A stretch of DNA of 32,000 nt. It comes from Prochlorococcus marinus subsp. pastoris str. CCMP1986 (lineage in GTDB: Bacteria > Cyanobacteriota > Cyanobacteriia > PCC-6307 > Cyanobiaceae). The stretch spans positions 1,470,001 through 1,502,000 of the forward strand of contig NC_005072.1 in NCBI RefSeq assembly GCF_000011465.1, given 5' to 3'. Below, in pieces: positions 20,458 through 28,445 of this stretch (positions are counted from its first letter, which is position 1; every line of letters begins with the position of its first letter). Position numbers and translations under genes: made by a program. The notes beneath the pieces were generated by a model that saw only the letters and a list, made by a program, of their open reading frames with translations, was not told the origin of the DNA and made no database searches.

Positions 20458-21570
20458 ATGAGTTTAGAAGAAAGAAGAAAAAAGGATTCAAAGGAATCCT
20501 CATCTGAAGAGAAAAACAAAGCATTAAATCTAGTCTTAGGACAAATAGAAAGAAACTTTGGCAGAGGATCAATAATGAGGCTTGGAGATGCCTCCAGAAT
20601 GAAAGTAGAAACAATATCTACAGGAGCTCTTACATTAGACTTAGCATTAGGAGGGGGATATCCAAAGGGAAGAGTGGTTGAAGTTTACGGACCTGAAAGT
20701 TCAGGGAAAACAACCCTAACTCTTCACGCAATAGCAGAAGTACAGAAAAATGGAGGAATAGCAGCATTTGTTGATGCTGAACATGCTTTAGATCCAGTCT
20801 ATGCGGCTTCTCTAGGAGTGGATGTCGAAAATTTACTAGTTTCGCAGCCAGATACAGGTGAAATGGCTTTAGAAATAGTTGATCAACTCATAAGGTCAAC
20901 TGCCGTAGACCTTGTTGTTGTTGACTCAGTAGCAGCATTAACTCCTAGAGCAGAAATAGAAGGTGAAATGGGAGATCACGTTATAGGAAGCCAAGCAAGA
21001 CTAATGAGTCAAGCAATGAGAAAAATAACTGGTAATATTGGCAAATCAGGATGTACAGTGATATTCCTCAATCAATTACGCTTAAAAATCGGAGTTACAT
21101 ATGGAAATCCAGAGACAACTACAGGAGGTAATGCATTAAAGTTTTATGCTTCAGTAAGACTTGACATTAGGAGAATTCAGACTCTTAAAAGAGGTACAGA
21201 AGAATATGGAATAAGAGCAAAAGTTAAAGTAGCAAAAAATAAAGTAGCCCCTCCATTTAGAATTGCAGAGTTTGATATTCTATTCGGCAAAGGAATAAGT
21301 ACGACAGGATGTTTATTAGATTTAGCAGAAGAGACTAATATAATAATTAGGAGAGGTGCTTGGTATAGTTACGAAGGAGAAAACATTGGACAAGGAAGAG
21401 ATAACACAATTATTTGGTTGGATCAGAACTTAGAAATAAAGAATAAAGTAGAATCTATTGTCAAAACGAAACTAACAGAAGGTACTGAAGTAAGTTCTAA
21501 TTCGATGAAAGCATTAAATAATAATCCAGAAAATGATGTGATTGCTAATAACATCAAAAAAATAGCTTAG
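20458..21570 (+). CDS. recA: recombinase RecA
   Basis: [23 protein letters not shown]..., Walker [11 protein letters not shown], ...VVVDSVAAL...[35 protein letters not shown]. Confidence 0.97.
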
Positions 21571-21588
21571 ATTCATAATGAATCAGCT
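21556..21588 (-). terminator. intrinsic-terminator-like hairpin for the minus-strand DinG-like/81-aa operon, embedded in the recA 3' end
   Basis: The minus-strand RNA reads AGCU-GAUUCAU-U-AUGAAUC-UA-AGCU followed by A-UUUUUUU. Both convergent stop codons (recA TAG 21568-70, 81-aa gene TGA 21573-75) lie inside the stem. No U-tract follows on the recA side. Confidence 0.45.
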
Positions 21589-21818
21589 GGAGTCCACCAA
21601 CCTGCGGCTGGTCCAATAAATCTAACAATTACCCACAAGATAACTAAACCTCCAATTCCATACCAACTAGCTTTTATACTCATTTTCATTAAACTGTCTC
21701 TCTGATTAATGGTAAGAGGCAGCCAATCAAATATTCTAGGTGATTCGTCTGATTTAGATTTAGTATTTTTTTGTTTAGGAGGAAGACCTAATGATTTTCT
21801 CCTTTTTGCTTCTCCCAT
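21573..21818 (-). CDS. small conserved-looking membrane protein (basic N-terminus, one or two hydrophobic segments)
   Basis: MGEAKRRKSLGLPPKQKN...SWYGIGGLVILWVIVRFIGPAAGWWTPADSL. Resembles small cyanobacterial DUF-type proteins from memory (unverified). Lies 27 nt downstream of the DinG-like gene. Confidence 0.6.
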   Translation of the reverse strand: MGEAKRRKSLGLPPKQKNTKSKSDESPRIFDWLPLTINQRDSLMKMSIKASWYGIGGLVILWVIVRFIGPAAGWWTPADSL

Positions 21819-21845
21819 ATTTAAAGATATTTCCTAAATAATAAC

Positions 21846-23294
21846 CTAATCGTAAGGAAGCATATAGTTTATTTGTTTTGAAGGTTGAATACTTTTTAAA
21901 ATTAATCTACCCCATTTTCTTTTATGTGCTCTTCCATCAAGAATTATTAATTTACCAGCGTTTTTTCTTAAAGGTGAAATAGACCTTTCTAATTTTTTTA
22001 TTGCCTCAGGAAGTAAAAATTCTCGGAACCAATCTTTAGAAAGATTTCTGTTATGTGAGATAGTCAATTTATTGATAGGCTCTTTAATGCTTGGGATTGG
22101 TAGTAATGGAATAATTATTTGTTCTGGACTTTGTATACAATAAGAATTATTGATCCACCAGGTATAGCTAGCACATAGAATTTCATTATTAAACAATGGA
22201 ATATTCTCTAGCAAAACTCGCTTCCCATAGATAGAGGCTAATTCTGTAGCAAATTTAAGCTTCAAATCAACGTCATCAGATAAAAATAAAGTCAGACCTT
22301 TTGAGAAAATTATTAATTTTTTAGACTTATCTAAAATATTTTTTGTAAACATTGGATTATTTGGAAGCATTTGTCTAGGCGGAACGTATATTAAGATTTT
22401 ATTTTCAATAAAATTACTCCTAAAGTTCATTACCAAATCAATGTTTAAACTTTCTTTCTTGAGATACTTTTGAAAAAAATTATCTTCTCTTAATGCGGAC
22501 AAAAAAACAAATTTATTATTAATTAGTAAATGTTTTATCTGAGAAAGTTCATCCATAGGTTCTAAATAAAAATTCCACTCAAAATTTATATCATCTAAAG
22601 TTACCCAGCATGCCCAACCTGCAGAAAGAGCATTACTTACCCTCAAAAATTGATCAGAATATGAAGAGTTTTCAAAAAAGAAATTAGAAAGAAAATTTAT
22701 TTCTTCTTTATCTAAAAAAATACTCCTACTATCTAAAACTTTTCTCAAGAAAAACTTCTTTTTAAGTAGGTTGTACGTACTAATTATCTTTTGACTTTTA
22801 GATGATGCTTGTTCAAAGTTATGAAACCAATTTTTTTTCAAAAATGAAATTCTAAAATAGTTTTTTAAATCTTCTTTTATATTTTCAATCCCAGAAAAAA
22901 TAATCCGATGATTTCTAGCATTAAAAATATTTACATCACCTAGCAGTTTTTCCAGAGAGATAAAAGAAACTCGGTGATTTGAAAAAATTATTTGATCATT
23001 TTCTAAAATAAAATTTAACCCAAGCCTTTTTAATTCTCCTAAGTAATTATTTTTTAAAAAATTTATTTTGTCTTGAGATAAAACAAAAGTCGAATTTTCT
23101 TCGAATAAAAATATAGAAATCAACAGAGCGGGTTGCCAAATATTAGTAGAAAAAATTTCCGAGTTAATCAGATAAGTTTCATTTGTTTGAAGACACTTTG
23201 AAATTATTCTCCCGAAAGAATAAATATGATCCCAATCTATATCATGGGATCTAATAAATCTTTTTAAGTACTGATGACTTAAAATTTCAAGCAT
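21846..23294 (-). CDS. DinG/Rad3-like helicase homologue with degenerate catalytic motifs
   Basis: The C-terminal blocks ...YTWWINNSYCIQSPEQIIIPLLPIPSIKEPI... and ...LLPEAIKKLERSISPLRKNAGKLIILDGRAHKRKWGRLILKSIQP parallel DinG motifs V-VI. There is no Walker A, no DEAH and no Fe-S cysteines. Family assignment is by eye only. Confidence 0.5.
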   Translation of the reverse strand: MLEILSHQYLKRFIRSHDIDWDHIYSFGRIISKCLQTNETYLINSEIFSTNIWQPALLISIFLFEENSTFVLSQDKINFLKNNYLGELKRLGLNFILENDQIIFSNHRVSFISLEKLLGDVNIFNARNHRIIFSGIENIKEDLKNYFRISFLKKNWFHNFEQASSKSQKIISTYNLLKKKFFLRKVLDSRSIFLDKEEINFLSNFFFENSSYSDQFLRVSNALSAGWACWVTLDDINFEWNFYLEPMDELSQIKHLLINNKFVFLSALREDNFFQKYLKKESLNIDLVMNFRSNFIENKILIYVPPRQMLPNNPMFTKNILDKSKKLIIFSKGLTLFLSDDVDLKLKFATELASIYGKRVLLENIPLFNNEILCASYTWWINNSYCIQSPEQIIIPLLPIPSIKEPINKLTISHNRNLSKDWFREFLLPEAIKKLERSISPLRKNAGKLIILDGRAHKRKWGRLILKSIQPSKQINYMLPYD

Positions 23295-23387
23295 TATATA
23301 ATTTTAGTAATATCAAATTGAAAAAAACATGATCTTAATATACAAAAAATTGTTATCAATATAAAAAAGCCTCAAATAAATAAATCA

Positions 23388-24227
23388 ATGAATATTGGAA
23401 TTGTAGGTCTAGGACTTATTGGTGGTTCAATAGGATTAAAACTCCAAAGATTAAAACACACTATTTACGGAGTCACAAACAATAACCTTAATAAAAAAAA
23501 GGCAATAGAGAGAAATCTTGCAAACGTTGTTAGCTGCGATTTAGGAATCCTAAAAGAATGTTCTCTAATTATATTGGCATTACCGATTAAAGATCTAATC
23601 TATCCTTCTAACGATCTAATAAATGCGATTCCAAAAGATGCAATAGTGACCGATGTCGGCTCTATAAAAGAACCAATAATTAACACATGGGGGGGAATAC
23701 ATCCATTATTTATTGGTTCACATCCCATGGCAGGCACAGAAGAAAAAGGAGTTGAATCAGGTTTCGAAAGTTTATTAGAAAATGCAAAATGGATTATCAC
23801 TCCTACTTCGAAAACCAATTCACATTCATTAAAAACGCTGAGTAAATTAATAACTTCTATGCAATGTGAGATTTATAAAGCATCACCAAAAGAGCATGAT
23901 GAAGCTGTTTCTTTAATATCTCATTTACCGATATTTGTTGCTTCTTCATTAATAAAAACTGCCAATGCAGAGAAGAATGAATCGCTATTGGCTCTGACTC
24001 AACGACTTGCAGCTACAGGATATGCAGATACAACAAGAGTTGGAGGTGGAAATCCGAATTTAGGTTTGGATTTGGCTATAAATAATCAGACAAATATCTT
24101 AAAAGCAATTAAAGAGTTTAAAAAAAATATTAATGAAATCGAATCTCTAATTAAAAACAATGAGTGGGAATTATTATCTGAAAAACTTACAAAAGCGATA
24201 GAAATCAGATCAAATTTTACAAATTAA
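23388..24227 (+). CDS. tyrA: arogenate/prephenate dehydrogenase
   Basis: MNIGIVGLGLIGGSIGLKL (Rossmann fold), ...DVGSIK...GSHPMAGTE.... Confidence 0.9.
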   Translation: MNIGIVGLGLIGGSIGLKLQRLKHTIYGVTNNNLNKKKAIERNLANVVSCDLGILKECSLIILALPIKDLIYPSNDLINAIPKDAIVTDVGSIKEPIINTWGGIHPLFIGSHPMAGTEEKGVESGFESLLENAKWIITPTSKTNSHSLKTLSKLITSMQCEIYKASPKEHDEAVSLISHLPIFVASSLIKTANAEKNESLLALTQRLAATGYADTTRVGGGNPNLGLDLAINNQTNILKAIKEFKKNINEIESLIKNNEWELLSEKLTKAIEIRSNFTN

Positions 24228-24233
24228 AAAATC

Positions 24234-25739
24234 TTATAAATAAAAATCATTAATTCCTTTAGAAGCTAAAATTTGCCTTGCAACCATTACTGCTGACTGA
24301 CTAACACCCGCTGTCCCTTCTCCTGGATAAATAGAATCGCCACATAACCATAAACCTTTAAAAGGAGTTCTACTTGATAACCCAAATAATCCAAAAATAT
24401 CAGGATTTTGACCTAGACCACCTACTATCCCATTTGGCCTGTTAGTCCACCTTTCAAATCCTAATGGAGTAGCCAATTCCTTATGAAGCCAATTTTCAGA
24501 AGCAATATCAAATTGGTTTTCAAGTGCCATTGATATTTTTTGTAAATACTCCTTTTTTTTCTTTATATAGTCATGTTTATCTAAACTAAACCAGTCATTC
24601 GTTTTTGTAAAAAGACTTGCTATCAATGTAATCTCGCCTTTTGGAGCTCTTCCATCTCCCTCCTCACTTATGGATACAAAAAGTGACCCTAATTCATTTG
24701 AAACAAACTGATAATGATTGGAAGAGATTACTTTAATATGTTCTTTTTTTAAAGCTGAATAAAAGACTAACGCACCGCTTGGATCAGGAAGACTTTGTAT
24801 TCTTTTTTTATAATTATAATTATTATCTAGAGGATTTTCTAGATGTTTCAAAAGAGATTGTGGAGGAGGTGTATAAATTACATCATCTGCGAAGTAAACC
24901 ATCTTCTCTTGCTTAGATGATGCACAAACTTTCCAACTCTTTTTTTCATAATCAAAATTAATGGAATTTACTTTTTGCCCGAAAACAATATTAACTCCCC
25001 TTTTTTTTAATGAATCTTCTAAAGCATCACTTAAAGTTTGCATTGATTTTTTTAAATGCCATAAACCATGTGGTTTTTGACACATTTGCAACACTGTAGA
25101 ACCATATAGAGCTGCAGTGTTATAAACATCTTCTTGTGAATAAAGCTTTAATTGCAAATTAAGAAACTTAATTAATCTTTCATTATTAGATAATCCACAA
25201 AAACGTAAAAGATCAAAGATAGTAGATCTAATCAATATTCCTGTAACTAAATTCGTTGGAACTAATGCTGTAAGAAGTTGCAAAAAATCCCAATAATTCT
25301 TGACGGGTAATACTGGGTTATTATTAGCAAAAGTCCAATTACTCTGATGAATTAAATTACATAGTTGCCAAAATTGACGACTACCTGGGAACTGCATCTC
25401 CCTCTCCTTAATCCATTCATCTTTGTCATACCAGATAGGAATTGGCTTGCTGCCATCTTTTAAGTCAACAATGCAAGCTGGGTTTAAGATGGATGCTTCA
25501 GGAAGAGGAATGTCTAAAAATTTAAAAATCTTAGAGTGTATTCCCCCTTCTTCCAGACCGGCGACTTGAGTTGCTCCAACATCAAAAATATATCTTTTTC
25601 TTTTAAAGGTTCCTGCACAACCTCCCGATTGAGTATGCGACTCAATCAAAGTCACTGAAAGCCCTAGTTTTGATAAAATTGCCGCAGAAGTTAGCCCGGC
25701 TATACCAGCACCAACAACAACAATTTCAGTCTTTGACAT
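24234..25739 (-). CDS. phytoene-desaturase-family FAD oxidoreductase (CrtD-like / carotenoid-isomerase-like)
   Basis: IVVVGAGIAGLTSAAILSKLGLSVTLIESHTQSGGCAGTF...FDVGAT, and C-terminal GLWLCGDSIYPGEGTAGVSQSA. CrtD versus CrtH cannot be resolved by eye. Confidence 0.7.
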   Translation of the reverse strand: MSKTEIVVVGAGIAGLTSAAILSKLGLSVTLIESHTQSGGCAGTFKRKRYIFDVGATQVAGLEEGGIHSKIFKFLDIPLPEASILNPACIVDLKDGSKPIPIWYDKDEWIKEREMQFPGSRQFWQLCNLIHQSNWTFANNNPVLPVKNYWDFLQLLTALVPTNLVTGILIRSTIFDLLRFCGLSNNERLIKFLNLQLKLYSQEDVYNTAALYGSTVLQMCQKPHGLWHLKKSMQTLSDALEDSLKKRGVNIVFGQKVNSINFDYEKKSWKVCASSKQEKMVYFADDVIYTPPPQSLLKHLENPLDNNYNYKKRIQSLPDPSGALVFYSALKKEHIKVISSNHYQFVSNELGSLFVSISEEGDGRAPKGEITLIASLFTKTNDWFSLDKHDYIKKKKEYLQKISMALENQFDIASENWLHKELATPLGFERWTNRPNGIVGGLGQNPDIFGLFGLSSRTPFKGLWLCGDSIYPGEGTAGVSQSAVMVARQILASKGINDFYL

Positions 25740-25743
25740 TAAA

Positions 25744-26622
25744 ATGCAAAAAATACCACATATCGAACTTAACGAAATTTGTTATCAATTAGGTGAAGGA
25801 TCACCAAAAAGTATAAAACAAGTTTTTGGGGGAGATATTCATGAGTCGTGGCAAATAGAATTTAAAAACGCTAAATTCTTTCTTAAAAGAAATGCAAGAG
25901 AAGGAAGATTTCTCGAATTTGAAAAATCTTGCCTTAATAATCTACAAAAATATCTTAACTATGAAAACTTAATCGTTCCTAAAATCATTTCCTACTTAGA
26001 AGTTAATAATGTAGAACTTTTATTATTGGAATGGATAGATATGAAGAATAGTGATCAGGAAAAATTAGGAAGGGGTTTAGGAGAAATGCATATTGAATCA
26101 AATAAATTTAATCAACCAAATTTTGGATATCCGATTCATGGTTTTATAGGAACCACAAATCAAATAAAAGGATGGGAAAAGGATTGGATTAAATGTTTTA
26201 TTAATTTAAGAATTGAACCTCAATTAGCAATCTTGGAAAAAGATTTTTTAGAAATTGATATTAAAAATAAAATAAAGTCAAAAATTGAATCGGTACTACT
26301 TGACCATGAACCTATGAAATCACTTGTTCATGGTGATTTATGGTCGGGAAATATAGGAGTAACTCTTATGAATAAAGGTGTAATATTTGACCCTGCATCT
26401 TGGTGGGCAGATTGTGAAGTAGACATTGCTATGACAAGATTATTTGGTAATTTTCGAAATGAATTTTACCAAAATTATCATAAAATTATTCCAATTAAAA
26501 AAGGATCTGAAAGAAGAACTATTATTTATAATTTTTATCACATACTAAATCATGCCAATATGTTTGGTGGTTCATATTGTCATCAAGTCCAAAGCTACAT
26601 CAGGAATATATTGAGTATGTAA
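25744..26622 (+). CDS. fructosamine/ketosamine-3-kinase-family protein
   Basis: ...VFGGDIHESWQIEF..., LVHGDLWSGN, FDPASWWADCEVDIAM; hallmarks of the fructosamine kinase family. Confidence 0.85.
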   Translation: MQKIPHIELNEICYQLGEGSPKSIKQVFGGDIHESWQIEFKNAKFFLKRNAREGRFLEFEKSCLNNLQKYLNYENLIVPKIISYLEVNNVELLLLEWIDMKNSDQEKLGRGLGEMHIESNKFNQPNFGYPIHGFIGTTNQIKGWEKDWIKCFINLRIEPQLAILEKDFLEIDIKNKIKSKIESVLLDHEPMKSLVHGDLWSGNIGVTLMNKGVIFDPASWWADCEVDIAMTRLFGNFRNEFYQNYHKIIPIKKGSERRTIIYNFYHILNHANMFGGSYCHQVQSYIRNILSM

Positions 26623-26629
26623 ACTAAAT

Positions 26630-27007
26630 TTATCCTAAATATGTTTTTTTGAGATTTTGGACCTTCTCTAGAACTGCTTCACGATTTTCACTTGTACGGA
26701 GATTTTGCCAACTCCATTGACCTACAACAACTACTCCCAGTAATTCTAGAAGGCCAGGTAGAATCGGGAAAAAATTAATCGTGTCAATAATAACTTTAAT
26801 TATTATTTGAGCGATAACAACAACGGCAATTATGCCTGCTGCTTTACCATACTTTCCCATTTGGGTCCAATCAATAGTTCCAAGTGTTTCATTGATTTTT
26901 CCCATTACATCAGAATACTTCTCTGAAAAGCTTTTACTTTCTGAGTTTGTTTCGGAGCCGGAGTCTTGATTTGACTCAGGAGTGTTATCACTCATGAATT
27001 CAGTCAA
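26630..27007 (-). CDS. CAAD-domain thylakoid membrane protein (CurT/CURT1-like)
   Basis: Acidic/Ser-rich N-terminus, then two hydrophobic helices ...AAGIIAVVVIAQIIIKVIIDTINFFPILPGLLELLGVVVVGQWSWQNL... and an amphipathic C-terminus. Pattern of cyanobacterial CAAD proteins. Confidence 0.7.
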   Translation of the reverse strand: MTEFMSDNTPESNQDSGSETNSESKSFSEKYSDVMGKINETLGTIDWTQMGKYGKAAGIIAVVVIAQIIIKVIIDTINFFPILPGLLELLGVVVVGQWSWQNLRTSENREAVLEKVQNLKKTYLG

Positions 27008-27282
27008 CTTAATATATGAACCAGACAGTATCGGAAAAATTGTCAGTTGACTACCTTTTTGTTATGCATAATTCCGAACCGAAACATTTTGTATTCTGAA
27101 ATATACATTGATACTAGGAAAGTTTTAAGATATTTAACCCTAAATTTGAATTATAAAAAATTCACAATATCATCTTGTTCTAACAAAAAACACTTTAAAA
27201 CTTCATCAACATAAAAAAAATAAAAAGACTATGATAATTATTTAAATTATTATATTTTCATAGATTATTTTTTATAATAAAA

Positions 27283-28431
27283 ATGGCAATATCAACTGAT
27301 CTAAATTCTGATTTCTTAACTTTAGATGAAAAGGAAAGATACAAAAAGCATTTAACTTTAAAAGAAATAGGATTGAAAGGGCAATTAAAACTAAAAAATA
27401 GTTCAGTAATATGTATTGGAGCAGGCGGACTGGGTTCTTCAGTTTTACTTTATCTTGCCGCTTTAGGAATAGGAAGAATTGGAATAGTTGATAATGATCA
27501 AGTTGAAAAGTCGAATCTACAAAGACAAATTATTCATGAAACAAATACGGTTGGAAATTTAAAAATTAATTCTGCCCATGAGAGAATTAAAAGATTTAAT
27601 CCTAATATTGAAGTAACAACATTTAATAAAAGAATAAACTCTGAAAATGTTATTGAAATCATTAAAGACTTTGATATTATTTGTGATTGTTCAGATAACT
27701 TTGGTACTCGGTATTTAATAAACGATGCCTGTTTAATACTTAATAAGGCTTTTGTTTTTGGAAGTGTTCAGGGTTTTGAGGGCCAAATAAGTGTCTTTAA
27801 TCTCAATAAAAAGAGTCCTAATTTAAGAGACTTACTACCAGAATCCCCGGTAAAAAACAATATCCCAAGCTGTGAAGAGTTTGGGGTTGTGGGAGTTTCA
27901 ACTGGTCTTATAGGGATTTTACAAGTAAATGAGATAATAAAAATTATTCTAAAAAAAGGAGAGATTCTTGACGGCAAGATTATGATTTTTGACCTACTAA
28001 ATATGAATATAAAAACTTTAAATTTAAAATCTGACAAGTTAAATAAAAATATTAAAAACCTTTCTCAATTTGAAGATTTTTACAAAGATAATGAATGCCA
28101 AGATAATATTAAAATCAAGAAAATTAACGCTAAAGAATTTAATACCCTATACAAAGCAAAATTAAATAAAATACTTCTACTAGATGTCAGAGAAAAAGAA
28201 GAGTTTAATCAATGCTCTATAAAAGGTTCTATATCTATACCCATCAATAAGCTCACACAAAAGTCTCACCTAGAATTTATTAAAAAAGAAAGTTTAGTTA
28301 AAGAAATTTTCACATTGTGCCAATTTGGAAAACGTTCAGAAAAAGCATCAAAAATTTTGATGAAATTTAAAATTTCCTCAACATCAATAGAAGGGGGACT
28401 GAAAAAAATCAATCAAGTCATAATAGGTTAA
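27283..28431 (+). CDS. moeB: MoeB/ThiF-type adenylyltransferase fused to a C-terminal rhodanese domain
   Basis: RYKKHLTLKEIG..GQ.KLKNSSVICIGAGGLGS (E1-like nucleotide fold), ...PSCEEFGVVG..., and rhodanese LLLDVREKEEF...CQFGKRS active loop. Confidence 0.85.
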   Translation: MAISTDLNSDFLTLDEKERYKKHLTLKEIGLKGQLKLKNSSVICIGAGGLGSSVLLYLAALGIGRIGIVDNDQVEKSNLQRQIIHETNTVGNLKINSAHERIKRFNPNIEVTTFNKRINSENVIEIIKDFDIICDCSDNFGTRYLINDACLILNKAFVFGSVQGFEGQISVFNLNKKSPNLRDLLPESPVKNNIPSCEEFGVVGVSTGLIGILQVNEIIKIILKKGEILDGKIMIFDLLNMNIKTLNLKSDKLNKNIKNLSQFEDFYKDNECQDNIKIKKINAKEFNTLYKAKLNKILLLDVREKEEFNQCSIKGSISIPINKLTQKSHLEFIKKESLVKEIFTLCQFGKRSEKASKILMKFKISSTSIEGGLKKINQVIIG

Positions 28432-28445
28432 TTATTTAAAAAAAA

